From Eledone cirrhosa (taxonomy: Eukaryota): DNA of 64,000 bases. The stretch is taken from positions 363,320,001 through 363,384,000 of the forward strand of contig OZ024743.1 of the NCBI GenBank assembly GCA_964016885.1, given 5' to 3'. Both the position numbers and the translations under genes were made by a program. Of this stretch, positions 41,354 to 53,564 are shown one piece after another. Within the stretch, counting starts at the first letter, position 1. The number at the start of each line of letters is the position of its first letter. The notes under the pieces are model-generated. The model searched no databases. It had not been told where the DNA came from and saw nothing but the letters and a program-made list of their open reading frames with translations.

Positions 41354-42520
41354 TAAATTTAGTCCTTCATCAGTGATCTGTCAACCTTCATTGGTATTTC
41401 ATCGCTTTAAAGACCATATACCTCCGGTTGGTGCGAGCAACGGCTAAAGAAAGTCGTTGGGACACGTAAATAAAGAGAACGAGCGAGACTGTAAACAATC
41501 AAAGATGGTAATGCAACGAAAAGTGAGGAAGAAGGAGTCAAGTCCCTGAAATCGATGAACATAAGTTCTGTGAAATCGTAGACGAGAGAGAATAAAGAAC
41601 AACCGAACTGGTCAAAGTGTGCGTGAGGAAAGAATTTCGCACAGGTCAAACGGGAGGAAGTAGGAGAGGGAGTAGCAGAGAGTGAGTGAGTGAAAGGTGA
41701 GAAAGAGGCTAACAGAGAGAGTGACTGTTAGAGGGGGTAAAGGGAAGTGAGAGATACAGAGAAAAGAGGAAGCAGTAAGAAAGAAAGAGACAGGTCACAG
41801 CGGAGGAAAATATATATATGAATATGAAAACATGGCGTGCTGCGTGGTTGCAAATGGGTTACATATGAATAAATTTAGTCCTTCATCAGTGATCTTCCAA
41901 CCTTCATTGGTATTTCATCTCTTTAAAGACCATATACCTCCGGTTGGTGCGAGCAATGGCTAAAGAAAGTCGTTGGGACACGTAAATAAGGGGAACGAGC
42001 GAGACTTTAAACAATCAAAGATGGTAATGCAACGAAAAGTGAGGAAGAGGGAGTCAAGTCCCTGAAATCGATGAACATAAGCCCTTTACCCCCCTCTAAC
42101 AGTCACTCTCTCTGTTAGCCTCTTTCTCACCTTTCACTCACTCACTCTCTGCTACTCCCTCTCCTACTTCCTCCCGTTTGACCTGTGCGAAATTCTTTCC
42201 TTGCTCACATTTAGACCAGGTTTGATGGTCTTTATTCTCTCTCGTCCACGATTTCACAGAACTTATGTTCATCGATTTCAGGGACTTGGCTCATTCTTCC
42301 CCACTTTTCGTTGCATTACCATCTTTGATTGTTTACTGTCTCGCTCGTTCCCCTTATTTACGTGTCCCAACGACTTTCTTTAGCCGTTGCTCGCACCAAC
42401 TGGAGGTATATGGTCTTTAAAGCGATGAAATACCAATGAAGGTTGGCAGATCACTGACGAAGGACTAAATTTATTCATATGTAACCCATTTGCAACCACG
42501 CAGCACGCCATGTTTTCATA

Positions 42521-42530
<10 letters not shown>
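41354..42530. repeat. Triplicated segment in direct and inverted arrangement (PLE-like architecture)
   Basis: Copies at about 41354-41745 (+), 41815-42080 (+) and 42085-42530 (inverted); bounded by (TA)n. Confidence 0.75.
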
Positions 42531-42577
<47 letters not shown>

Positions 42578-42624
42578 TTTTTTTATATATAAGTATATAT
42601 ATATGTGTGTATTTTTATATATAA

Positions 42625-42658
<34 letters not shown>

Positions 42659-43236
42659 GCATGTTTGTATAAATGAGCGCCTGTGTGTACGCGCAAGTGT
42701 GTGGGAGTGTGTATAGATGTGTGCATGTGTATCTGTATTTGTCACAGCTCTTATCTACAGATGAGACCTGTGAGAATGACAAGTGTATGGCCGTACGAGA
42801 GAACGTTTGTGTGGGCCAGCTGTATAATCCGTAGGTAGGTAAGCTGGATTACGACAAACGAGACAGCAGAAGAGGGCTTAACGATATTTACAATCAGTGA
42901 CCATTGATTAAGAAGAAGTGATCGAGTGACAAACATCGCCGACGCCTTGCTATCGAACCAGCCAGTCGTTCTCTGACGATCCTTCACTGTTCAGACATTG
43001 AGGAGCCGACCGTTGGCTGACGCGGGTTTGGCAGACGACAGCAACATCATCGCTATTTTCTCAATAGTGTCTCCATACGTCAACGAATTACTTGAAATGT
43101 CACGTTTGGTCGCCATCTGCTTATATTACATAAGCCAGATCCGTTTGGAACACTGAAGAGTAGATCTCTTTCGAGAGAGAATCGAACGACATACCTCTAG
43201 GAGAACGACCGCGCACACACACGCACACACACACAT

Positions 43237-43297
<61 letters not shown>

Positions 43298-43502
43298 TAA
43301 ACACAGTCACCTGCACATATATATAGACACATAAACACTCATGCATAGACTAAATATACTCATACGTACGTAGACGTACACACGTATAATGGAAAACAAG
43401 TTTATAGACTTTGGCGTATGCAAGCATGTATAAATACATATTCATCTATAGAATCGATCTCTCTGACACATACACACACACTCACACACACTCACACAAA
43501 CA

Positions 43503-43545
<43 letters not shown>

Positions 43546-43766
43546 GTATATGTATATTTATATATATATATTGTTGGTCGTGGACAAAGAGACACAATTA
43601 TGTTTTTTATAACTATGCACAGACAAACAACAGGAATATAGTACTCAACAAAAGGTAGCGTGTAATAAATGTAGCGTTCAGATTGATTCTTCCTCTATAT
43701 TTGTTTCTCACTTCATCTCTCTCTCTCTATCTATCTCTGTCTCTCTCTATCTCTCCCTCTCCCTCT

Positions 43767-43806
<40 letters not shown>

Positions 43807-43977
43807 TCTTTTTCTATCCTTCTTTTGAAGAAATCTGCTGTGTACAGATCTGGAGAAGGATGGGTTCCGCCAGGCTTCAAAATGTCCAAGAAATGCTGTA
43901 TGCCACTACAGTGTCCCCACGACTCTCTCAAGAGTTACGGGACTTTTGTATATATATCCATGGCGTGTAACTTGGAG

Positions 43978-44305
43978 TTACTGTAGGTTCACTCGGGTGA
44001 GCACTCGATGTTTAGATTCACTTCAGTATCAAGGTGTAGAGCTAGACAGAGTGTATTATGCCTTAAGAGGTTCATTCTGTCATTACCACAACAGAGGTCC
44101 GACGAGCTTTTGATTCCCAAGTCGGGCTAGATCGATACAGATCGAACCTTCAGCTGATCAATAAGCGAAACGCGCGTCACTACTCAATAAAAGACATAAC
44201 AAATCGTCCATTTTATTATTATTATTAAACTCTGCTTAGTACTACACCTCTATACTTACCTGAAACTACGCATCGAGTGCTCACTCTGGTGAACCTACAA
44301 TAACA
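43978..44305 (+). mobile_element. pLTR remnant (family C) with short inverted terminal copy
   Basis: Inverted ends gtaggttcac..gagcactcgatg / catcgagtgctc..gaacctac; homologue on the minus strand at about 53715-53970. Confidence 0.65.
44093..44184 (+). ncRNA. Hammerhead motif with branched helix II (core CCGACGA)
   Basis: AGAGGU-CCGACGA-GCUUUUGAUU...GAUCAAUAAGC-GAAA-CGCGCG-UC-ACUACU. Confidence 0.65.
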
Positions 44306-44329
44306 TATATATATATATTTCTCATTCTT

Positions 44330-44365
44330 TCTTCTGATGAAGGACTAGCGTCCGAAACGTTATGT
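44330..44365 (+). ncRNA. Minimal hammerhead motif, family A
   Basis: CUGAUGA-A-GGAC-UAGC-GUCC-GAAACGUU; helix I weak. Confidence 0.62.
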
Positions 44366-44557
44366 CAAGCGTTAACCTAAGTTATCCCTTCCATACACTG
44401 TACCGATTGTGTTGTTATTTCAGTTTACTTTTTACATACACACACATGCATATATATATGATTGTTGCATACTGACCAGCGAAACTGTACAGTCGGGACA
44501 TTGAAGAAAAAATAGGTATATATCTGTGTCTATTATTTTTTCTTACTTTATAATTTG

Positions 44558-44637
<80 letters not shown>

Positions 44638-45072
44638 GTTTCTGAATTTGTTTAGCAAGATTCTTTATCTGAAAACGTGTGTTGAAACCGATATTATTAT
44701 GCTTTGGGAGGGTCATGTTGCCAATAAGAAACACACGCACCAGTTGCTTTCACTCCAATTTATAATAAATTAAATTTATAATAAATGACCCTCCCAAAGC
44801 ATAACAATATATAGACACCATATATATTTCCGTGGGTACCTAGTACCTACTGGGATATCTATATCATTTATCTAATTCTCCTTAATGTAGAGAAAAAAAA
44901 TGCTGTATCATGCTGCTATTTCTAGCAGCATGAAATATCAGCGAGTCTATAATTCCCGCTTTTTCTAACGGTCCAATAAGTGTGTGGGTCATTTTAACGG
45001 CTTGATTCATTCACTGGGCAGAGGGTGATATATCTACATCTATACGGACTTATGTCTAGTAAATTTGGAAAA

Positions 45073-45152
45073 GCTATCTGAAGAGCTATATCTTTCCATT
45101 GGAAATTCTCTGAATTTTCAATCTTTTGATAAGCGAAACCGTCCGTCATGGC
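45073..45152 (+). ncRNA. Type-I hammerhead motif, intact core
   Basis: GCUAU-CUGAAGA-GCU...AUUGGAAAUUC-UCU-GAAUUUUCAAU...AGC-GAAA-C-CGUCC-GUC-AUGGC; followed by a donor-like gag|gtaagt at about 45161. Confidence 0.75.
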
Positions 45153-45222
45153 ACTAGAAGAGGTAAGTATTTAAATCGTATTTTAATTTATTTGAAAGAT
45201 TGTTTAATGTTTACTTGTTCCG

Positions 45223-45263
<41 letters not shown>

Positions 45264-45482
45264 GATAGCAAGATATCGTTATAGGTAATCCAATTAGAGG
45301 TTGTGATTACTTCTTATTATGGATAGTTTTAGCGTACGGCGTTGTTTGACTCAACAAGAGGTTTACGTGGATGACGAGTTTATGATGTCACTTGTATTCC
45401 TATGTAAGTTAAACTTGGAGTATTAAAATTGAAAAAGTGGAGAATAACATGGTCAAAAGTACAAAAAAGGGAATTTATTTAT

Positions 45483-45589
45483 AGTCTAACAATTGTTTCA
45501 CTTATAGAGTTGTCTAAAAATGGCTAAATACTGAAAGTAGTGCCACTCAATTTAAAATACATGTTATCTCTATCAAATCTTCAGAGACT
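45483..45589 (-). ncRNA. Type-I hammerhead in the PLE1 3' pLTR (long helix II domain)
   Basis: AGUCU-CUGAAGA-...AUAGAG...CUCUAU..-GAAA-CAAUUG-UU-AGACU. Confidence 0.78.
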
Positions 45590-46087
45590 GTCAAAAATAT
45601 ATGCAACCGTCAAATTTACAAATTCAAATTACAACATCAATAATAATATTAATAATAAAGATATAGAGAGAAAAGAAGAAGGAGAGATGTATATAGTAAA
45701 GAGAGAATGGAAAGGAAGAAGGAAGAATATATAGTAAAGAGAGAATGGAAAGGAAGAAGAAAGAAGAAGAAGAAAAAAGACAAGAGAAAGAAGAGGAAAA
45801 AGGATGTATAGAATATGAAAGACAGACATAAGTAAAGACAGAGAGAAGAAGAATGTGGGAGCACAAATAAATGAGAATGATAGATAAACATAAGTAGAAC
45901 TACGATGGATAGAGGAGCAAAGAGATGAATAAACGTTAATACGTGAATAAATGTAAAGAGACATAAAGATAGATATATAGAAATATATGAGGAAAAAAGT
46001 AAAAAAAACTATATAAAAATACATAAAAAATTGATAGATAGATAAATAAATGAATAAATAAATAAATAGATAGATAGATAGATAGAT

Positions 46088-46474
46088 ATGTTTCTTTTAT
46101 TTGCCACTAGGGCATCAAAAGTGGGACAAGTACAAAGGGGGGAGTTTACACAAAAAGGCGTCCTCAATAAGGAGGAGGCAATAACAAAATATAAAAATAA
46201 AATAAGATATAACAAAAAATAAAATTTTTAACAAAATCCTCAATAGAGAGGAGGCGCCTTGGGGGGTCGCACACACCCCCGAAAAAAGTGTGCAACCCTT
46301 CTCCTCAGGAGCACAGAGAAGGGGTGCTCCCTTGGTCTTTCATCTTCCTCACCTATAGTCTGATGTAGAGTGAAGGCCCATTCACACGGGCCATTCTCGC
46401 CACTTTCACCCATCTTTCATAGAAACGGCTGGGGTGCAGCACCTCTCTCTCCATCCTGATCCTTCTTCCGAAAT

Positions 46475-46475
<1 letters not shown>
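46088..46475 (-). mobile_element. 3' fragment of an L1/Tx1-type element in (GATA)n, nested in PLE1
   Basis: Resembles the 3' end at 21828-22200 (RIR.ER..L....F..RWVKVA, gtggc.aataaa.gaaa); (GATA)n on both sides. Confidence 0.75.
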
Positions 46476-46523
<48 letters not shown>

Positions 46524-46983
46524 ACAAATTACATCTAATGTAATATAAAATGGTATAATATGTGAAGAGTGAAGATGAAAATAAATAAATATGCAAAAGA
46601 AGTAAACATGTACGGATAATATTTAAACAAGTTAAGATTATTGAGAATAGTATTTGAGAATTGATAAATATATGGATAGATATTAAGTTGAAAATATGAT
46701 AATGTTAAGTATATTTATGTGTATAGGTTATTTAATAAGTAAATAAGTTAACTAGTTTTAAGATATATTCTATGATAAGATAAAATGACTGAGATGAAAT
46801 AAGTTTAGGGAGAGATATGCAAAGATAGAGAGTGAAAGATAGATATATATAAATTAAGAATGTAAATATAAGAGGATTAGATGCTGTTCTTTGATAATTA
46901 TAATGGTGATGATGCTGCTGATAATATGATATCATAGTAGATCCAGGTGTTACAGTGAGGGTTATGGAACAAATAAGAAGGAA

Positions 46984-47990
46984 TTAAACTGGTCTAAAGT
47001 TCTCGAACTTCGTTGCTGATTTGTGTCGACAAAAAATAGTTCGTTCAATTTTACTGTTAAGCAGAATTTTGTCGAAATTAAGAATTTGGAAAAGTCCCAT
47101 ATTACAGAGATTGCAATGGGACATACCAATTTGATAAGCTCTTGCTTTTAATAGTTTTGTCCAGCTGATTTCATATTCTACGTTTGCATTCTTGAGTCGC
47201 CAGATTTTATTGGCGAGAGTTGTTGTATTCGAGAGATTCTTGTTAGTGATAGAATGTCTGTGTACGTACCATCTCTTAAATTCACCAGCTGTGGAGCCAA
47301 TGTAATACCATGCCAAGCTACCTTAATTTATAGTACATAGGTATACTATATTTGTCTCTAGGCATCTGTTTTGTAAAGGTCATTTGTCAGGGAGATGGCA
47401 GTTACATTTTGATACTTTTCTATGCACCGGTTCTACTATATGGTCTTGTAGGTTGCTATGTATGGGCTGTGAATTGGGTTTGTTGATGTAGTGTGGTGGT
47501 GTATTCCGGCGTGTATTTGGTTGTGATGATGTTATATGCTTATGCTTAGTATTTGTTGTTGTGGTACTTATTTGCGGGCTACTTGAATTATAAATTCTGT
47601 TATAGTTAATTTTATGAATGTGCGATTCTGTTGTTGACAGTGGAGTATGATAGTTTGATAGTTTTTCTATCAAAGATTTTATGATATTTATCAATGTTAG
47701 GGAAGTGTTTGTCAACTAATTTGCAGAAAGTGTAAGGTAGATTAGTTTTAATAGAGGAGTTAAACATTGGATTAAACCATAAGTAGTTTCTATTTCTGCA
47801 TCTTCTATGGTTATTAGTGGTTACTATATTAGCATTCAGTTCTTTCAAATTACGTATTTGTTGCCAATTTCTATGTTTAGTCCTAGGTTTGTTGTTTCTA
47901 TAAGTGTGGACAGTGTTATTAATATTAAGTGCGTTGCTATTTTTTGTATCTGGTATGAATTTGAGTCGCTCTTTGTGGCCTGCCTTAAGT
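46984..47990 (-). pseudogene. PLE RT-thumb/linker/GIY-YIG endonuclease remnant
   Basis: ORF pieces 47612-48058, 47380-47715 and 46984-47316. Confidence 0.85.
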
Positions 47991-47994
47991 AAAG

Positions 47995-48096
47995 CTGAAG
48001 ATTTGATAGAGATAACATATATTTTAAATTGAGTAGCACTACTTTCAGTGTTTAGCAATTTTTAGACAACTCTATCAGTGAAACAATTGTTAGACT
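47995..48096 (+). ncRNA. Hammerhead in the inverted pLTR of PLE1 (helix I 5' strand lost at the junction)
   Basis: Starts at CUGAAGA; UUGAUAGAG/CUCUAUCAG; GAAA-CAAUUG-UU-AGACU. Confidence 0.7.
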
Positions 48097-48151
48097 ATAA
48101 ATACATTCCCTTTTTTGTACTGTTGACCATGTTATTCTCCCCTTTTTCAAT

Positions 48152-48260
<109 letters not shown>

Positions 48261-48477
48261 GACGTAAAATATATTTCATATATATATTCTTACAGAAACT
48301 AATTAGTTGGAGTGAAAATTTTAGTAAGTTAATTTTTAATTTTTAAAATTTTCTTATTTTACGTCTTTCATATAATTGTTCTGCATCCCCCTGCATAGAA
48401 CAACAAAGGTACTAAGAGATAACATATATTTGCTAGCATGAGTATACATCTGTATACATATGTTGGTAGATATACTA

Positions 48478-48561
<84 letters not shown>

Positions 48562-48590
48562 TATATACATATATATACATATATATATAC

Positions 48591-48643
<53 letters not shown>

Positions 48644-48676
48644 TATATACATATATATACATATATATATAATATA

Positions 48677-48745
<69 letters not shown>

Positions 48746-48819
48746 ATGTATATATATATATGTATGTATATATATATATATAATATAAGATCAAAAGATG
48801 GTTAAAAGAGTTCCATGTG

Positions 48820-48886
48820 TTTTATTATGCGCATTTCAAAAACAAATATCATCATGGGATGATATTTGCGTTCTCATCAGATAAAA
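48820..48886 (-). ncRNA. Type-I hammerhead in the PLE2 3' pLTR, intact core
   Basis: UUUUAU-CUGAUGA-GAAC-GCAAAUAUCAUC-CCAU-GAUGAUAUUUGU-UUUU-GAAA-UGCGCA-UA-AUAAAA. Confidence 0.8.
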
Positions 48887-49879
48887 TAGGGAGACATGAT
48901 ATGAAGCTTAAAAAACACTTGCGAGCAGTGAAGTGTTAAATCAACATATGAAAAATAAAATAAGATGGATATATGAGATTGGGAAAAAAGAAGGAAGGGG
49001 GAAGGAAAAGGTAAGGAAGAGGAAGAAAGAAAATAATAAGAAAAAAATATATAATAATAAGGAAAGGATGACGGAGGAGGAGTATAAGAAGGAAGGATGA
49101 GAGAGGGGGAGAAATGAGTGAGAGAGAAAGAGAGATAACCTTTAATACTGAGAAACACTGTCTCACAGAGAGAAAATAAAAAAAAACGTTTTTTAAAACC
49201 GTTTTTTTAATTTTGAAATTAAAAGTTAATGAGCTTATGATTAAAAAAAAAGGAATTAAGAATAGTATTTATTTAAGGTTTATATATTGAAGGGTTTAAT
49301 AATATGTACGAAAAGGAATTTATTAAAATGTATTATTAAAATAAAAAAAATATTAAGGAGATAAGGGGAATGAAGAAATGGTTAATTGAATTATGAACTT
49401 AGAGGAATTAGTTAGGGTCCAAGATTGTTTCTATGTATTGTAATAGGAAAAAGTAAATAATAGGTTTAATACGAGCACGGAAGGAGAGAAGAAAGAAGAA
49501 AATTCAAGGAAGAAAAAATATATAACGTCAAAAAAAATATGTTTACAAAATTTACTAATGTTAATATTAGTATATATTAAAAATAAAATTTGTATGGCCA
49601 AGAATATAACGAAAATGCTATAGTGAGTTATAATATGAATTAAGTAACAGTTGCAGATTAAAGATTAGAAATTAAAAAAGTAAAAAGGATAAAAAAAAGA
49701 AGAAAAATAGGGGACCGCTAACGACATAGAATGAGTAAATTGTATAATATAATATACTGAAATAAGGTAGAAAGATGGGTATATTTGTAAAAGATATAAA
49801 AGCGTTTGAGAAAAGAAGATTTTAAACTAATTAGGAAGTAAGATATTAGCTGTATACTTTATGGAAAGTTCTATGGGAT

Positions 49880-50870
49880 TTATGCAAGCAGAGCGAAAAT
49901 AAATCCGTACGTCTATTTATTATAGAATTAAAATTAGAGATAATGGTAAATTTCTCGGCTAGGCAGAGATTACATGTTCTGGATAGGAAAGAATTCTAGT
50001 AAGGAGAGGCGTTGCAAACCTTCCTCCAAGAAATGTTGTAATTAATATTTTTGTCCTTTAAGGACCATATGAGTTCTGAGAGTGCCGTGTTAGTTCTTTT
50101 AAGTTGGTATTTAAAAGACGAATTGTGATTATAAAATCTTGCTTTAAAGGAAGTGGAAGTGGAACCAAAATAGGTAAAAGAATTAGTACCAGTTATAACC
50201 TTACATTCATACACTAAATTTTTATCAAGACATTGGTTACTAAGAGGACATTTAGTTCTAACAGGGCAATTACAATTAAGATTAGAGAAATTACCAGAGT
50301 TATTAACAAGTGACCTAGTATTATTTATAGAAGGAATCGGATTGGAGAAGTTATTTACGATAGGTGCTAAAGTTTCCTGTTTTAGATTGGTTTTTATGAA
50401 CATTCGACAAAGTTACGTTTGACGTCGTATTTAAATTTACGGAATCTAACCTAGAGTTAACATTGACGTCGGGTTTACTATTGCTATTATTATGACACTC
50501 AGTGTTGGATGGATATAATTTATTTTTTTATATTTTATTATTATGTTTAGAGATAATGTTAGAGATGTTGGAAGTGGTGGAATAAGAAAATGTAATTGTA
50601 TGTTTGTTAAAGATCTTACTATAGATATGCGAGGGAGGGAAGCATTTATCTAAGGCCCTAAAAATAGTTTAGGAATATTACTAGTAATAGATAGAGAAAA
50701 AGGAGCGTTGTACCAAATCATATTTTTGTATCTAGGTCTTTTCTTTAAGTTATTGGAATGTTCATAACTAACTATTTTACTATAAGTCCCTCGATGATTG
50801 GTTTCTTTACTGTATTTAATTTTGTCTGGATAACCGGCTTTGGAAAGCGAATTATTATAATAATTGGCCT
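49880..50870 (-). pseudogene. PLE linker/GIY-YIG endonuclease remnant
   Basis: ORF 49996-50403 plus flanking disrupted motifs. Confidence 0.85.
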
Positions 50871-51241
50871 TAGCGTCAAAGATAACTTTATTAGAGGATA
50901 GATTTGAGATTCTTTTTTCAAATTATGTATTATCTTACAACGGTTTTTTTAATTTTCTCTCTGTGAGACAGCGTTTCTCACTATTAAAGGTTATCTCTCT
51001 TTCTCTCTCACTCATTTCTCCTCCTCTCTCATCCATCCTTCTTATACTCCTCCTCCGTCAGCCTTTCCTTATTATTATATATTTTTGCTTATTATTTTCT
51101 TTCTTCCTCTTCCTTACCTTTTCCTTCCCCCTTCCTTCTTTTTTCCCAATCTCATATATCCATCTTATTTTATTTTTCATATGTTGATTTAACACTTCAC
51201 TGCTCGCAAGTGTTTTTTAAGCTTCATATCATGTCTCCCTA

Positions 51242-51306
51242 TTTATCTGATTAGAACGCAAATATCATCCCATGATGAAATTTGTTTTTGAAATGCGCAT
51301 AATAAA
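51242..51306 (+). ncRNA. Hammerhead in the inverted pLTR of PLE2 (G8 changed to U: CUGAUUA)
   Basis: Mirror of 48820-48886 with a core substitution. Confidence 0.65.
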
Positions 51307-51431
51307 ATACATGGAACTCTTTTAACCATCTTTTGATCGTATATTATTTATACTCCAGTCCTATAAACTGTTGAGTGGTACTTATCCGATATTTGCATTG
51401 CTTTATTGTGCTACAATAAAACTCACATCCT

Positions 51432-51527
<96 letters not shown>

Positions 51528-51624
51528 AGATAAGCAGAACAAGTAAAATAAATCAAAATTAATTTAAAATTAAAATTAATTAAAATTAAAAAAATATAAT
51601 ATAAATATTTACCTATTCAGATGG

Positions 51625-51702
51625 CCCTTACTGTACAGTTTCACTTTGCAAAACATTAGATATCCTATGGATATTAATGGAAAAATAAAGATCATCAGAG
51701 AA
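51625..51702 (-). ncRNA. Type-I hammerhead motif, intact core
   Basis: UUCU-CUGAUGA-U-CUUU..CAUUA-AUAUCC-AUA-GGAUAU-C-UAAUG..AAAG-U-GAAA-CUGUACAG-UA-AGGG. Confidence 0.72.
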
Positions 51703-51817
51703 GCATTTTCCTTTCCTAGGGTTAAAAACCCAGGAACGATAAAATATATGACCTCTTCGCCAGCTAACACAGGCCTGAAAGGTCGTAAAAGTGACCCGTA
51801 TGTACGCCGGACTGAAA

Positions 51818-51880
<63 letters not shown>

Positions 51881-51886
<6 letters not shown>

Positions 51887-52261
51887 AAGTTAAATAAAAG
51901 TCAAATGATTAAAATTTAGCTTCGTTTATTACTACTATATATATTTCAGTGACAGCCATTTTGGGCTGTGACCTCTTTAGGTGTATAATATTGTTTAGGT
52001 GTATAATATTGACAATATTATACACCTAAACAACATATGTACTTGTCTATACCATACTAATTCAAACTGCCTGAAGAGGTCACAGCCAAAAATGGGTGTC
52101 ACTAAAATATATATAGCAGTAATAAACGAAGCTAAATTTTAATCATTTGACTTTTATTTAACTTTATTTTACACTACTCCGGAGTAACCAAACCAACCTG
52201 CGCACTTTGTCGAGTGCTCCAGCCTGCATACTGAGATATTGGTATACAACCAACATAAACT

Positions 52262-52266
<5 letters not shown>
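51881..52266. mobile_element. Fold-back pLTR element with two singly mutated hammerheads
   Basis: Arms 51881-51981 / 52070-52170; plus copy ACUGC-CUGAAGA...AAAA-UAUAUA-UA-GCAGU (52066-52120); minus copy CUAAAGA...GAAA (51931-51981); inner palindrome 51991-52033. Confidence 0.75.
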
Positions 52267-52314
<48 letters not shown>

Positions 52315-52374
52315 ACAAATTATAAAGTAAGAAGAAGTAATAGACACAGCAGATACATACCTATTTTTCTTCAA

Positions 52375-52470
52375 TGTCTCGACTGTAGAGTTTCGCTGGT
52401 CAGTATGCAACAATCCTACATCATAGAGATGCAACACTGTTGTGAAGCAAGCCAGCTTTTCAAGGGAACT
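52375..52470 (-). ncRNA. Degenerate hammerhead (core UUGAAAA), family also seen at 44460-44550
   Basis: GUUCCC-UUGAAAA-GCUGG...CCAGC-GAAA-CUCUACAG-UC-GAGAC; the 44480 copy has GAAA-CUGUACAG-UC-GGGAC. Confidence 0.5.
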
Positions 52471-52702
52471 CCTCAGGTAAAGAGCGCTTCCAGACACGCC
52501 CGTAGCAAGCGTGAAAATCTCATTATTATATATATATATATATATATATATACAGTATTTTCCGTTGTGTTGTAATATAAATATTACACACAGTAGATTA
52601 TCAGCTCACGTAGAGTTTGCTCGACGGTTCCAGTTGTAGTTCCAAAAGTAATCCGGAGAAAAATAGAAAGATTTGAATGGATACAGTTTAGTTGAAAGGA
52701 AT

Positions 52703-52819
52703 TTATTGACACGTGTTTCTATAACAGTTACATAACCTAAAACAGCTATCTACAAACTTTTAGTTATGCAGACATTCAATATTTCAATGTTATTATTTAC
52801 TGTCATTTCATCAGAATAA
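52703..52819 (-). ncRNA. Type-I hammerhead with multi-branched helix II, intact core
   Basis: UUAUU-CUGAUGA-A-AUGACAGU[two internal hairpins]ACUGUUAU-A-GAAA-CACGUG-UC-AAUAA. Confidence 0.8.
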
Positions 52820-53407
52820 TATTACTGAGGACCTATTTAGTTTTTATAGAGAATATTAGGAGGAAGGGGTGAAGTTGTTAGAAGAATAGTTGAAGGAGTG
52901 GTTTTTCGATAGCAGTGAGAATTCTTGGTGGCAGTGAGTAATTAGATTCCCATCTGTTGTTTTGACATTTTTTATAGAATATATTATTGGTTATTTTTCT
53001 AAATCTATAGAAGGATTAGAGATAGTAAAGATATGCGTGGTTGGTTTTGTGTTTGCACTTAACATTCAGACTTAAATTTTTCTTTCAAGTGTACGTATTC
53101 TTTCACCCACGCATTCACACACAAATATATTTGCACACCTCTACAAAATACATATACTCACAATTCACATATTCATACTTACATATATATACACATGCAT
53201 ACACATATATATACACACATGTATTCATGTACATACATACGCGCGCATGTGTATACATTTTCATACTCAACTTATCTTTATATATACACACGTATAGACA
53301 CACACATATATACATACATACTCTAGTCCATGTGTACACACATACACATACATACACATCCATATACACATACATACATACATATATATATATACATATA
53401 TACATAC

Positions 53408-53440
<33 letters not shown>

Positions 53441-53463
53441 CACATACATATATACACACATAT

Positions 53464-53557
<94 letters not shown>

Positions 53558-53564
53558 ATATGTA

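Larger units (their letters stand above)
48781..51432 (-). mobile_element. Penelope-like element 2 (Hydra-clade-like) with inverted pLTRs of about 400 bp
   Basis: Arms about 48781-49190 / 50940-51346; ORF remnants IWYNAPF, CNCPVRTKCPL..CL..LVY.C..YFGST..FK.R.YNH..SF, TALSELIW, C.LCL.E. Confidence 0.87.

Noticed and set aside
42745-43210. Unique, GC-richer segment with splice-like signals
   Set aside because: The frames examined close quickly and no homology is recognisable; cannot be supported as an exon.
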